A DNA stretch of 64,000 bases from Tubiluchus corallicola (lineage: Eukaryota > Animalia > Priapulida), in the NCBI GenBank assembly GCA_030141605.1, contig JAQGDQ010000137.1, positions 456,796 through 520,795 of the forward strand, given 5' to 3'. Shown one piece after another: positions 37,629-64,000 of this stretch. Position 1 is the stretch's first letter; each line of letters starts with the position of its first letter. Made by a program: the position numbers and the translations under genes. Below the pieces are notes generated by a model that worked only from the letters and a program-made list of their open reading frames with translations, was not told where the DNA came from and searched no databases.

Positions 37629-40600
37629 CTATGTATCAGGATTGAGTTGTCGTTCGCTCAGCTGAATTTTTTCACCTGGCTTGAAAGCTGGCATGCCCAA
37701 ATATGGACAACTGGCGCAGCGAAATGCATCACCCAAATAGCACTGAAATAACCAAACAGATTAGTTACAATCATGCAGCTGTGCATTGTTTAAAAACCAT
37801 TATATTATAAGTAAACCAACCAATTAGAAAAAATTAATTTAATTCAGAATTACTTAATACCTACTTCTGGCTGAATAAAACTGAATAAAAATCACTTATG
37901 GTGTAACACTACTGTAAACTCACTGATAAACCAATAATTAGTTGCTTTTTGTTACAAATTTAAACAATTGATTAACTATTGTTAAGTGCACCTGGTATTA
38001 TTTGATAATCTATAAGTGTTTGCAAAATAATCCCAATAGTTAATGAATAAGTAAAGCAAAAAAAATGCAAGACGAAAAGAAAATTTAAAGCTTATAAAAT
38101 GAAAATAATTTGTTACAAAATGAAAATGTGTAAGGAACCATGTAAGGAAACCATAATACTACTATGTAAGGAAAATGGATTCAAAGTTCTGGAATTTGTA
38201 AAGTAAATGAGCATATGGCACGATAAAAAAATCACTTTCCAAAGTACAGAGCAGGCAGACAGTTAGTCCTCGCTTAATGAAACCCTGCTTAGTGATGTTT
38301 CATTTTAACGACATTCATTTTCTGAAACCTTTTCTCACTCAACGTCACATTTTCCTGAAACACATTAGTGTCATTAAAAGAAAACCAGATGAATGTGTAA
38401 ACATTCGTTCAGAATAAAGAATGTTCTAAAATATTGAAAACTACAAAAGCTTTTTTAAAATTAAAGCTTAGATTAAATAATAATTACCTTAGATACTCAA
38501 ATTTCGTTAAACTTTCAAAGCTATGCGCAGCTCAGTGAATCTACTAAGATTGGCAGCGGTGCCTTTTTGTCACATTCGCGTGGCCGACAAATAGAAGGCG
38601 ATACCGTGATAAGCATGATCATGAACTGCAGTGTTAGTTTCTGACGTAACATGATGTAAACCCCATTTTTCGTGACATCATGAGTTTAAACAGTACTGTA
38701 ACACTTATGCAAATGTGCTTGAAACACAAAGGAAGAAACCAACCACATGCCATTGCACAAACTGTGGTTAGTTTCTGACATAAGCAATAACTGTGTTCGG
38801 TTGCCGTTAATTAACTTTCTAAGCTAATTATTCAACTATAATGAACAACAAGAAAATGTATATTTTGGACAGTAAATTAAAATGAGATTGAGTCTAAACA
38901 ATCGTCCGGTCTTCCTTTAAGCGAGAAAGTATTGTATGTTTCAGAGTGACATTTTATATAAAACTATTTTACAGCCAATGACGTAAAAAGTAACAGCAAG
39001 TAGATGAATCTCACGCTGTTTGGCTGTGAAATAGGATCGAGAAAAAAATAACTTCACTTACATTTCCACAAGCTGATGAAGCAGATTTAGGAGCAAATGA
39101 GCTCTTTTCTGTTTCTAATTCATCTGCTAGACCACAAGTGCAGTTTTTACATGCTTTCCTTTTTCCTGTTGTGGTGCCACAATTTGACACTGAAAAAGGT
39201 CAATGCATTTGACGTTACTTTATTTTAAAGAAACTTACTTTACTTTAAAATTTATTTACTGTGGGTTTTGTGCAAAAAAATATTTCCCATGCTGACTCTG
39301 ACTAAGTAAACTTACGCTTTAAGTCAAATGGATCCGGTTTCTTTAGATCTTCCTCGTTTAACAGTGTGTCGACGTCAATAAGATCTACTTCGTCATCTAT
39401 TATATCATCCGCTGCCAAAGACCACACTTTTGCTGCATCCGATGATATCGCACCTAAGCAGAAAAACGTTTATTTTTTCTTGCACCTTTATTGTACATGT
39501 TTGGCAAAATATATTAAGAAATCTGGATCCAATCTTAAACTATAACTCAAAGTGATTCTAGCCTGTAAAATATTGAAAGGAACATACTATTTTTTCAATA
39601 ACATTTCAGTATACACGAAATTATTACCACTGAAATGTAATTTTGCATTCGCACAGCAAGTTTTTCACTGTTACATGCATTTAGCCATTTGCTAGTTAGA
39701 CGGCACTAGCATTTTGGAAATCCATTGTACAAAAAAACACGTGCTGTACCTCTCAGTTCACAGGTGTTCGGTTGCGACGTGGTACACACGTCCGAGAACA
39801 CGTGTGAGCACAACAGGAAACTTGAAATTTGAATTTTAAACTTAAAAATTTGCTGAACTTTTGTACACCAGACTAAATGTTGTGCCGTAGCAATGTACTT
39901 CAATTTCCACTTTTGCAAATACGTGCAACATGCTCATGGAATGTTTGTGCTGTTGAAAAATATTTTAAGTTGTGATGTCATCACTGAACAGTTTTCATAA
40001 CAAATCATGCCATGCTATGCTGGTGTTCTTCTTACAATTGCTATATTGATTCGATTATAATGGAAAAATTTCGAATAGTTTATTTTTACACTAAAATTTA
40101 GTGAAAAATTATTAGAATAATCAAATATGCGACCCTGGATATTTTCCCTCCATTCTAACAGTAGCACACACCCGGAAATAATTAAACAAAAAACTCAGAG
40201 CAGCAATTATTGCACCACTGTGAATCTTAATTGTCGAATTGGAAAGATAAATTTCATCAACTCTCATCTGACTTGAACTTTATTAATTGTTGAGCCACGA
40301 TGCCCTGCTGAGTTTGAAAAGATAAAATTATGTCCAGCCACACTCTTGTCCAACAGAACTCTATTAAGTGTTAACAACTGCACTATGATATTTATAAACT
40401 TGAAAATGAGTAGTACACGTAAATGATTTAACATAGAGCATGTTGATTTTTGATAACTTAATTTGTTTTTGCATAAAAAACATTCTATGGCGTCTGAAAG
40501 AAATTTTTAAAAATGTTTCTATACCAAGCTCTCTTTGATGCCATAAGAACAAAGAAGTATGTGTAGTATACCCAACTTCCTAATGAATTACTCAGAGCAC

Positions 40601-43401
40601 TGATGCTGACTGATGATATGATTTTTTCTCTGCCACACATATAACAGCACTAAGACAGTGGACTGTTTTATCAGGACAATAATTTAAGCATATGACTTAT
40701 GTATGCATAGGATAATCGCATAGTACTTTATTATTCGAATACAGTAGTAAAAACATTCAAATATTCTAATAATTGATTATTCATGCACATTCCCATATGA
40801 ATCACAATGAATATTACGTGAAGAAGTATAAAAAAAACACACTGTGCAGTCAATGCAAATGAGACTGAAGATTAAATGATGTATTACTAGAATTGTCAAG
40901 TTTCCGCTGCATCAAAAGGGACAATGGCACATTAGCTCCGACTTCGTAGTCCGGCTTCTGTCCACTAACTTCGACAATGACATTATTGTGTAATTCAGTC
41001 TTCATTAATCGTTGCTCTTCGGGTGAAAGTGGGATTTCTTTAGGCTGGAAGAATGAGTGTTATTAATATTTCACAATGATAAGTAAGTCAAAATTGAGGG
41101 TTTAAAGGTCAAATTTAATGTAAAAACAAGTTTTCTTTAATTAAAAGAGCTAACCGTAACCTAAAATTTGATGTTACATTTATTAAAGTTGTGCTAACCG
41201 TAACCTAAAATTTGATATTAAATTTATTAAAGTTCATGGTTTCATTCCTTAGTGAAATCGGGCATTGAAGTTGTATTTTTCTCCAAAATATTTTGCTTGA
41301 TTTTGCTTAAAAAGCTTTGGAAAATTACTGGGTAAACAACTGTACTAACAACGTCTTCCTTGAATACCGTGACGCCAAATTTGTAAACAATACTACAGAG
41401 AGAACTCTGACAAGTGATAACCAAATTCAAATACTAGTGAAACTAAGGACTTTCTGTGTTATCTAACGAGTAAAACATGTGAAATGAGTTTCCAGATTTT
41501 CTACAGAAGAGCCACCTTCACACCAGATTTTCCTATTATATAAATCACAAAAAAAACCCAGAAAATCTTAGTTAGAGCATTTTCTTTCTGTTTTTGTGTA
41601 AAAATTCAAGCCATAAATTATGCTGTATTTGACCTATAGACACACAGCACTAATGACTGATTGCAGCATTATGTAAAGTCCATCGGTTGTTTTAAACTGT
41701 ATAACATGACAGCGATTTTACAAAATCTGTATGATGTAGTTTTATTTACGGACTATTTTAAACTACTGCAAACATAAATTTGCCTATTAAGTTATAAGGC
41801 TTTGGCATCCATACACGTGCAAGTAAAAATAAATATACTTATATTCACCGACAATGTTAATATTTTTGCCTGTAGCTGTCATTGCTTTTTAAGACAGCTT
41901 GGCATGCTGCAAGCTAGAAAGCACTCAAAAACACAGGATATTCCAGAAAATGTTTATAGCCTGGTGACTGAAGCCTGACATATTTATCAAGGATATCCTT
42001 TCAAGATGGAAGACTGAACCAGTAGAAAATCATGTATTGAATGCACAGACACATCCTTCTATGGTAATATATTTAACAAATTTAGATTTCATTTTAGTTT
42101 AGATCAGAATTTACAATCACTTCAAATAATTATCAGCTGTTACTTTTAGGAACTGTGTGAATAAGTGTTAAAATAAAAAAAATTTCATTTATTTTAGGAA
42201 GATTGAAAATATATAGCTGAAAATGTGTTATACATAAAACGAAATATCCTGTTCATTGTGTATGTAAATAAAAATGATTTTATTAAAAACACATTGTAAG
42301 AAATTGAATAAAGAATCGATAACAACTTATAAACTGTGAAAATGAAAACTTACTGATGAAACAGAAACTAGTCCAGCTAGCTTCAGTGATGACACCAACA
42401 TTTCTGACGTTTTAGTGCTACCGATAACTTCCCTAAGGACAAGCTTGCCATTCGGTTTGAGAATTCGCACAATTTCCGCTAAAATGTCATCACTATGAAC
42501 CGTATGAGGGGGAAAAACAAATCCTGATAAGACAATGTCAAATTCTGAAGCACTATGTTTAGCTGAAAAGAGCAAAAGAACAGTTATAATTGCTTTGATA
42601 AAAACTGTGAATTAATTTTATGCAGCAAGCCTGCCTTAATAAATAAAGCCTGCATAATAAAGCCTATCTGTTATTTGTTCACACACTCTGCAGGACATAT
42701 TCAAATATGGTATCCCATGGGCCTGGGAAGGTTTTAGGCTAATGTAAATTTACGCCTTTGGCCCCAACACGGCAGCCAAAATAGTACGTTTTTGGACATT
42801 CTACTGTATATTGCACTCCAAGCTATACTGTAAACCCAGGAGGGATTGTGGCTAAGGTCATAATTCCCACCTCATATGACAACCAAAATGACATAGAATA
42901 GCACTTGGACCCTGAAGTACATAAGAATGTATTAGCAATAATGAACTAATAATGTAATGAATTCTGACTAATTAAAGCCACCAATTCACTGTCCAGAGTT
43001 CAAAACAATGTCACTCTTATAATCCACATTATTTGACAGCATACTAGATTACAATGATTACACTTAAAATACTGAAATACTTTTTGAAGAAGTTGTCGCA
43101 TTTGTTTGGTTGTACAAAGTATTCTGACAATTTATTCACACGAATTTTAGAACTCTTCCTACTTGGAGGTTTTGTGTCCCTCTATTTCTTTTCCATAATA
43201 AAGCACATAGGAAGTAAAAAGTATAATGATTTCATACAGTAGACACTCACACATTAACAATCGACCATCATTCTCAACATGCACTTTCCCGTTGTTTCCT
43301 AGTTTTGATTCCAATATTTCAACTGTAGATTTAATACTGCTACTGTCAGAACCAGTGCACCAAATTAATAAAACTTTCTCTCCAGTCCTGATGCTCTCCA
43401 T
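37629..43401 (-). CDS. CIAPIN1: Anamorsin (CIAPIN1/Dre2), cytosolic Fe-S cluster assembly factor, 298 aa
   Basis: Exons 43401-43251, 42562-42354, 41044-40888, 39453-39316, 39189-39062, 37742-37629 (897 nt, in phase). Methyltransferase-like N-domain ([11 protein letters not shown]), [38 protein letters not shown] and [30 protein letters not shown] Fe-S motifs. Confidence 0.96.
39520..39990 (+). mobile_element. Dispersed repeat family copy C (in a CIAPIN1 intron)
   Basis: CTTAAACTATAACTC..CTGTAAAATATTGAAAGG..GCTAGTTAGAC..GTACCTCTCAGT shared with copy A. Confidence 0.7.
41149..41234. repeat. 44-bp tandem duplication in a CIAPIN1 intron
   Basis: GCTAACCGTAACCTAAAATTTGATRTTAMATTTATTAAAGTT occurs twice (41149, 41193). 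Confidence 0.85.
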
Positions 43402-45909
43402 TGTTTTTGTAGCTGTGATATCAGTATGTCAAGCAGTATCTAAATAAGGCAAAATTAATTATATTTGCTGATGATGAAGTTTTAACGCCATATTAAATAC
43501 AGTTATACTCAAAAAGTGCAAACACCATGAGAAAGAACAGAAATTCAAAGTTTACAAGCTAGCAATACTTCACTTGATGAAGCAGAACTTCACCCAGAAC
43601 GTTAACTATTCTTCCTCATAATCACTCCCCACCAAATAATGAAGAAAACACCGTTTCCTTGTAATCCCAATTTGCTAAACACTGAATATGAAGCAGCTGC
43701 AATATAAATTTGGTACATACTTGCCTCAATAGATTTGGCTTTGTGCAAAATTTATTAAGTTATTAGATGATCATGATGTTTTGGAAAAATCAGAAGGCGT
43801 GCAGTGCATATGTTGTATACATGGATAACACATCATTGTATGTCGGTTGTACATCTTAACTTCTACAGAACAAACCACGAACTTGATAAATATAAATTTT
43901 AGAAAACTTTTGTTTTTAGTGCCAGTTTTAGCAATCTTTTAATGCACCCAATGTTAAAAGCTTTAAACCAGCACTAAAGCACTCTGCAAAGAGTACTAAA
44001 AGCATCTTTCACATGCTAGCAGTATTCTTTGCATGTTTCGCCATCCTACATCTTGCACAGAAATAGCGTAGAATTTGGGAACACAATGGTAAGATAGACG
44101 ATCAGATATAATATGTTAACTAAATCAATCTTGAATCTTAATACTGCACCTATGATTTGCCTGCATGGACTGAAAACAAGATTCAATCTCAAGGTCCAAT
44201 ACAAGATTCTTCCAAATAATAAGGGAACGAAAATTCAATATGGTCAACTTATAATATAGTGGTACTTTCCAACTGATACAGGAACGATATTTTAATGTAA
44301 CGCCAAATCAGGACATAATTTGCATCGTGATTAACAAGCAATACTTACATTTAGTTTAGTTAACTTTTACTGAAAGAAATGAAAAACTCGCAGTGCGCAA
44401 CACACATTTTATTCTTCCATCCGAGGCAATGTACGTAATCTTCTAAACTAAACTAGTTCGTTGGGTGTTTCCTTTGTTTCCGTCGTTTTGCCACGACTGG
44501 TGTATTGAAGTACAATTTTTCTTTTTTCATCTGTGTAGGTTACTATATGTCTCGATATTAAACAAAATACAAAAAAACAAAACAAATACATTTGTGACTT
44601 TGAAATGTGTTACAATTATGTAAGATCTTCATGGGCATAACTGGCTTGAATAGAACAAAGATGCAGTTGAAACTGAAAATAATTAAACCTCAAATTTGAA
44701 TTTCATTCAGGAAATCAGGAAACACAAGCAGTCTGCACAGTAAGTCAAGTAATTCTTACAGTTTTAAAAAAAGTTCCTTATGTCACAATTATATTGGTCA
44801 AAAGTAACCTAAGGCGCATATTCCAGATCCTTGGAATTCTGCAATGGAAAATTACATGACAGGAGTTGTGCACTGGTAATTACTTATTGTGTTTTGTTCG
44901 TTGCTAGAATAGGCCCTATGACACAGAGGAGAAATCTGTGTCTATCAGACTACCATATGTTGTAGAGTTCACATATTCACTGTTGAGTGCTGATAACGCA
45001 ATCACTAATGACTTTCAGATAATAACCATAAACATCTTTTTTGTATTGATTCCCATTTTAATTAATACTTAATGCTGCAAAATTAGTTTTTTGTTCAGTT
45101 TGTTAAATGCCAAACTGAACTAATTTTCTTAAAAGTCCATTCTGTAATTAATCACGTCTGCAATCTATTTTCATGTTTTTGTTAGTTAAGTTTTTATAGT
45201 AATTTTGACTTTGCTGGAGGCATTGTGCTTGGCTATTAATTCTCCAAAGACTGTTCTCACAAAGTAAAACAATCATGACATGAAAAGTGTAGTACTTCAG
45301 TGCATAACAAACCATTATTAATTTTAACAATGCCGAATTTTTGTTCTTAATAATTTTACAATTTGTTGCTGATCAACGTACATTGCACTACATAAAGGTT
45401 AGTGGTAAATTATGATTATAAGTTTGTAGGTACTATTTGAAGGTTTGGCATTTTCTGCAAATTTCTGTTTAGTTTGGATATTTTTATAATCGCCTTGCGA
45501 AAATGGAGGACAGTTTGCTTCTACAAACAGATTTGCGTTACTCCAGTATCTGAACCATAAAACTCTTTGCTGTTGTTATTGGTTTTAATCTGACCAAAAA
45601 ACACATTCAAAAAAGCATAAACTTTTCAAATTATGAAATTCAAATTGATGGCTGAAAAATACAAACTTGAACATTTGCTGCAGTAATGATGCAGTAGTAT
45701 TGATCAGGCATGGAGTATCATTATAAATTTGACACTTGCTACATAGATTTACACTATCTATCATCAAGTAAAATTTACTGCAAACTCGAAAAAAACTAAC
45801 ATGGTTATTCTACAGAAAAACCAAAACATGATTTGAAAGCATCATGCAAAATTTATTTAAACTTGACAATTCATCAAAGCTTTCAGTAATTGATTCAAAT
45901 GATTACAGC

Positions 45910-57822
<11,913 letters not shown>

Positions 57823-60800
57823 AGCGCTAGTTTCAAATGCTTAACACTAGAACTTATAACGAACTTAGTTTGCAGAGAATGATGTAACTAATCACTAAAT
57901 CCAGTTACTGATTTGGCTGATGTAATAATTTACAAACATTAATTTACAATTTACAGTAAGAAACTAACCACATGCCAAACTGAGTAGCAGTTGCTCTGCC
58001 ATCTGTGCTAAAATTTTACAATATTTTTCAATTCCAGTTAATCCCATTTTATTTGCTACCACAAACTGTGGTAAGAGCTCTGCTTGAGAGTTTTAACTTT
58101 GACCGAGAAAAGTAATCGATGCCGTATAGTTGTCACAATAAACGATAATTATCATTTAAACAATATTTTTAAAATTGTGTCGTAAATATGTAGACTTATC
58201 ATAACTTGGCCAACATAGTACCAAATGGAGGTCTCATTAATGGAGATGGCCTTTGATCATTGATCACAAAGAAATGTTATATAGAGTACAGTTTCTGGTT
58301 GTCCATTGCGTAAAATTGTACGGTTTTCCAGGCCAGTAGCTCACTTATGCAGAAAACCGTTTTAAGAAAATTCGGGTGCGTGTTCTCAAAAATGGCTCCA
58401 ACAGTAAAAATCTGAGCACACCAATAAAATAGGTTGTTATTGAGAAAAAATATTTATCAGTGCATGTGGTTTCTCATGCTGTTACTGCAGTTTTCCCGTG
58501 CGATATTCCAGTTCTAAACTTATACTTTGTCAATTACAACTCGACATCTGTAATGAATTAGACAGTAAACATTGCACTGCTTACATTGACAAGATCAAAA
58601 CTGAAAAAAGTTGAACAATGAAATCTAGGTGGTAGCTTACCATGCTAAACAGAGGAGAAATTTAGTAGTGTCTACAGTACTGGTAGTCGAATTTATACAG
58701 TTAAGCAGCAGTTTAAGAGTATACCACTCAAAAACTGCACGCATGGAGTAGGCCTATCGACCTCAAAGCAAGTTAAAGGAATCAAGACCAAAGCCAATAA
58801 AAAGAAATGGCTAGAAAGTCATCATGCAAAGCTACAACACTGATGTCATGATCCTCTTTATAGAGTCAATAAGCAATTTACTTTTTAATAACCAAAATCT
58901 TGCAGTATATTAATAATTTAAAAGGGTACATCTTAGTTGTACATTAACGCATATCTACAGTCAACAATAAGCTGCAAACTGCTCTTACTGAAACTCAAAA
59001 TTTGTCGGTAATGACTGTAAAAATACAAAAAGGAATAATAATAACAATGAAGCAAATAATGATGAATGCAATACATCTTTTAACCTTTCAGTTTTTGTAC
59101 TGTGACTCGATAAAAACTATGATTTCAGTAGTGACAACGTTCTTCAGTGTGCTGGAGAAGCCATGATTTTGCACATCTATAGCTGTTTGTTGTACAAAAA
59201 AGCACAGAAAGATTCGTAACAAGCCTTTTCTTAATGTGCAAAGTACATTTGTTCAATTCCTTTAACTTTGTTTATAAACACTTAGCTGTACTTTTACTGC
59301 ATCACATTCTTTTCTACAGGTCTGTTCACTCGTTACTTTGGCTCCAGTGCAAATACACACTTAGTCAATAGTTTCTGTACTGTAGGCTTTGCCTATAAAA
59401 CTAGTTGTTTGTGTAGTATATTACTGAAGATGAACTATCACTATCAGTCGAAATGTTTGGAGACATGTTTTTTTAACATTTCAAAGTTTTAAGAAAAGTT
59501 GTTTTCTTTTTATGATGTTGTAATACCTGTATAAATTGAATTACAATAGGTATTTTGTCATTAAATGTGTCTTATTCCTATATACTGGAAAAGAAACGTT
59601 AACTCAAATGATTAGCATACAAAACGGTGAAAATCGCTTCATAGTATATCGTTTACACGTGCGTCAAACAGGGCACACTATTTCGCTAAAAACAATGGCA
59701 ATTTATATAACGTTACGTCAAAAGACTGACGAAAAACCTGCTAAATGTGCTTCCAAATACTGTATCTTCAAAATGAATCTATGAAAATTTTTCTAGCGAT
59801 TTTCTTGTAATTGTTTCATAATTATTGCTAAAACACAATTTCTCATCATAATGATAGTAATTTAATGAATCAAGTGTTTTTATAGCTAAAATAAATCAAT
59901 ATTCGTAAAATTCATTAGTACGCAAAACGTGTTATAACGGTTTTAATTACGAATGAAATCTGCCAAGTTTAGTTATCCGTCTAATAAAACAGATTGATTA
60001 AATGAAAATAGAAAATATTAAATAACAAAAGTTTTTTTTCAATTTCAAGACATTCCGAGCAAGATGACGGCTGAACTTGTGAGACTATTTTAGAACTTAA
60101 CTGAATGTCCGCAAAGCTGAAGGTGAAAATTTTAAACACAGAAATAACATCCAATATTGTTGTGCAGAAAAAACTGCTCACGTTCAATATGATTAGAAAA
60201 TTTTGTGGGTTTATGTCACGTTTTACAAATTAAATGCTTTCTTTATTAAAAAGGCCAAGCCTACATATTGCTGAATTAGTAGATAAAAGGCTATTAACAA
60301 ACGCCTCCTTTATCAAAACGATCAAGCTTACACGTTGTTGAATTAGAGGGTAAAAAGCTAAATACATAGAAAGGCAGAAACGATTCCCAAATCATGTATA
60401 TATATATATATATATACACTGACTTTTACGTGTGCAGCATGCAGCTGAATTCTGTAAGATCGTGCTCTTTAATATAACCAGGTTGGACAGCTAACTGTCA
60501 ACTAGTCTACCCAATAAAAAAACTATCATATTCGTAGCAAGTAAACATATGTAGCACGCTTGGTCACCAAAACAACTACATTGTACAGTAGTATTATTGT
60601 TTGGCTTTTCGTATCGAGGAGTACAAATTGTGCATGATTACAGAAATTGGGATAGTGTCAAGCAAAGGACACAAATTATATTAGCTCCCAACTACTAAAC
60701 AGCACCTCGCAACTTGGTCTTAAATCTGGACTTTATAATGGTAAAGTACGTGCTGTACTTGTTATTACTAATGCTCTAATAAATAAATATCGTCCAATAA

Positions 60801-62225
60801 AGTTCTAGTGTTTAAACAAATATGGCTAATCCAATGTTCTCATAAATTAATATTGCTAGCCCTGTACACTTAAGTTAACATCATTAAAATAAAGTACATT
60901 CACAAATCGTTATAATAATTATTATATTAACGCAAATTAAATATATTACATAAATGAACTATGTGATACATATGATAGATGTAGGAGAAGTTGAAGTATA
61001 CGATGATATCGCGTTCCCTTTGCAGATAATCAATTAAACATGATTATTTTAATTATTAGTTATAAAAGACGTAATGCTTTGTTTAACTAATTTAATTACA
61101 ATACATAGACATATTTACGTTAACCCATATTAAAACTGTAATTAGCATATTATTTATAACAACTGTTGTTTTATCGACTTCCGGATTCCTGTACATTTTT
61201 CATTTTACCAATTTTTTTAAATAACGCTCGCAGGATATTACTCGTATCAGCTGATCATTATCTTTTAAAATAACGTCCTAAAGTTGTTTTAATACGGTTT
61301 CAAAATATGCATACCCTCGCAATTTTTTAAATCGCTTGAACTCAAGAAACAAACACCCCGTTTTAAAGATTTCATTAGGAATTCATCTGGAGATGAGAGT
61401 GTTGTAATTTTAATCGCCTTATTGGTACACGAAAATGTCGTTCGTAGAAGTGTAAGTAGCATATTATACTAACAACATTTGTAAATACATTTAAGTAATT
61501 TTAATTAAATTATGAAACAGCCAGTTTCTCAGTCCACGTACTCGTGCACGTGCGTGCGTGCGTTGCATGCGTGTATGTGCATGAGTGACCGTCATACAAC
61601 AGATGGCAACACAAGAGAATGAGCAGTCTTTTTAGGGAATTTTTGTCCAGTACAATTATAATTTAGGCTTGCTGCTTACTTAATTATCATAATGATGGAT
61701 CACTTAGCGCTACAGGCACTTGATTGCTCAGTAGAAGGATTGCGATCTGGTGCAATACTTTATCCAATTTTCCGGCGAGTGTAGCCTGTCAAACCTCTCT
61801 TTACACCACTAATCATTAAGGGTTTCCGCCTCACGCTTCAGCTCTCCAGTTCGAGTCGTTTCCTACATCAGTGACGTGGCAAAATAGACAGATAAGTGGC
61901 GAGATTACGCGATTGGACGAGCAAGAAAATAACTCTTTGACAAAGCAATAAGTTTTAGATTAGGCAAGTGAAGCCATGATGTGGTCTAGGAAATACCCGG
62001 TAAAACCTCTGACTTTGAACTTTCGGACGGCACCTATCAGTTTTTGCAGAAAAATAAGGACTTTAATATAATACAGTAAATTGTCTTTAGTATAACTCAG
62101 TAAATTGTGGTTAATATAATTAAGTAAATATATAATATCAGAAAGGTAACCTGCCGTCTCTGCAATATTTTATGAGGGAGAGAGAAAGAATGAGGCCAAC
62201 AAACTCTGAGAAAAACACAAAGAAA

Positions 62226-62227
<2 letters not shown>

Positions 62228-62282
<55 letters not shown>
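62228..62282. repeat. (GA)n microsatellite within a purine-rich tract
   Basis: Seen directly. Confidence 0.95.
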
Positions 62283-62284
<2 letters not shown>

Positions 62285-63409
62285 AAGAGAGGTATAAGGA
62301 GAGAAAATCAGAGAGCTAAAGAGAGCGAAGAAGAGAAAAACAGATAAACAGATAGACAAAGAGAAGGAAGGAGAGAGAGAAAGAGCAGACGCTGTTCACG
62401 GACTGATACACTTAAAGATAGCCGCACTATGAACAACAGAAGAAGTGCGTTTTAAAATGATTTATGAAACGGTGCGTCTTAAAAGTTAAAACCGCTACAG
62501 GAAATTGCCACTCATTACAACAGAATAGATGTCGCCCTGCTCGTGATCCGGACGAATCAAGCAATTATTTGATTTATGTTGATAATGAAGTGCAATTTCT
62601 GCGAGATTTTCGCGGTTTATTGGCCGATTCGTAGTTTGCGAGGGGATTACGAGAATGCCTCTAACTGCCTTGTCTTTTAACGGGAAAACTGAGCTGGGAT
62701 AAAAACAGGATTACACATTAACGCTAACACAAATCAACTGTGGAACTAATGGGATAGTAAAGATGCTGCCTTCGTCTGCTAACCATGATATAAAGGCTAG
62801 CGTATGATACGAACGATTTCCAAAATTGGGGCCATACATGGTATATGGATCTTAGCTAAAAGACAAAAGCCATGTTTGTATTGATGGACTGTTTCAGCTT
62901 AGGGCGCTTAGGAGGATGAAACTGGAAAAACTTAAAAAAGATTATTGCCTGGCAACTTGCATCTTTGGGCAACCTCTCAGCCTTTGATGACAAATTAATT
63001 TGCGTTTTACGACTTAATTAGCTACAAGAAAAGTGATTACACAGCAATCTCGTGCCGAGTTCTCATAAAATTTGCATCTGGCTGTAAAACTGCGAGTATT
63101 AAAATCCTGTGCTGTTTGCATACATTTGCACAAACTGATGAAAATACATGACGATAATATAATGCACAAATTGAAAGCCTGATTTACAATTTTGAGTGTT
63201 TGCTCCTGTTATTTCAAAACTTGTCGCTAAATATAAAATTTACATGACCATGCAAATGCACGTTTTACCGCTTTGATCTTAAACAGAAATTGAGGCATTG
63301 TAAGCATTTAGGCTTATGGTTTTAAACTCATAAGAAACTGTATTACGGCACGAAGGCAAACGTAGCTATTAATATAAAAACAGGCAACAACAAAAAGAAT
63401 AACAGTAAA

Positions 63410-63482
63410 AACAACAATAACAACAACAACAGCAGCAGCAGCAACAACAACAACAACAACAGCAACAGCAACAACAACATCA
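63410..63482. repeat. (CAA/CAG)n microsatellite
   Basis: Seen directly; explains the poly-V/poly-L spurious ORFs. Confidence 0.9.
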
Positions 63483-64000
63483 ATATGTAACAACATAATA
63501 ATCTCTGTATTATTTTTTTAATATGTGTTTTCTGAAGATGGGCCAAGAATAACGGACAGAAACCTAAAAGTTTAAGCAAGGTTCTGGCAATACATGTAGC
63601 AATATGGCAGTAAGGAATATGGCAATAAGCAGTGACTTCTGTTAAAGGGAAAAAGAAAAAATCCGGAAAGAAGACCCGTCAGTACTGATTTGGAATTTCC
63701 TACATAAGCGCACTGGAAAAGATACTCTACTAGAATATGGCAATACGTTCACACAGACCTAGCAAAAACTGCCAGTCACTCAGTCTTACTCACATTCACA
63801 TTTTAGGCGTTAAGAAACTTACATTAAAACATTTAGGCAGTACATAGATAAAAAAGTCGTGCTTCTGATTGTCGTGTCTACTTAAGTAAACAAAATCAAC
63901 TCGTTTGTTTGCACAGAAAACGCACGTGCTTGCGATTTCTTGACACAGAATTTTTTTACTACGCCACAGCTAAGATTCGAACTCAGGACGCTCTATCGGA

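Noticed and set aside
41149-41234. TAACCTAA as an arthropod telomerase-RNA template
   Set aside because: It is part of a simple intronic 44-bp duplication with no promoter or structural support.
41989-42000. ATATCCTT U12-type donor motif
   Set aside because: It is part of a 12-bp palindrome deep in a normal GT-AG CIAPIN1 intron, with no adjoining exon.
58882-58931. ATG-initiated phase-2 mini-exon (MYPFKLLIYCKILVIK) as a KARS1 first exon
   Set aside because: Much better cytosolic (LSKN) and mitochondrial exons exist at 57822 and 57247; probably a chance match in AT-rich DNA.

Overview
AT-rich eukaryotic (invertebrate, probably arthropod-like) genomic DNA with spliced genes, microsatellites and many DNA-transposon remnants. 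By hand-splicing GT/GC-AG junctions I reconstruct six protein-coding genes: GEN1 Holliday-junction resolvase (-, 5' part only, one GC-AG intron), CHORDC1/morgana (-, intronless CDS), an MPV17-like 2 gene (+, intronless CDS, head-to-head with CHORDC1), a secreted two-domain Kazal-type inhibitor (+), CIAPIN1/anamorsin (-) and lysyl-tRNA synthetase KARS1 (-). The main second-look items are: (1) a KARS1 cassette exon encoding a mitochondrial presequence, whose AUG overlaps the stop of the cytosolic-AUG uORF (AUGA); (2) palindromic elements whose arms carry minimal Penelope-type hammerhead-ribozyme motifs; (3) a foldback element made of two tRNA-like arms; (4) a 711-bp hAT deletion derivative with a perfect TSD that keeps an open TTF zinc-finger ORF; (5) the atypical 8-Cys double-headed Kazal protein; (6) a possible unannotated spliced smORF/lncRNA gene at about 22.9-30 kb. 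All gene identities come from recognising motifs by eye; no database search was run.
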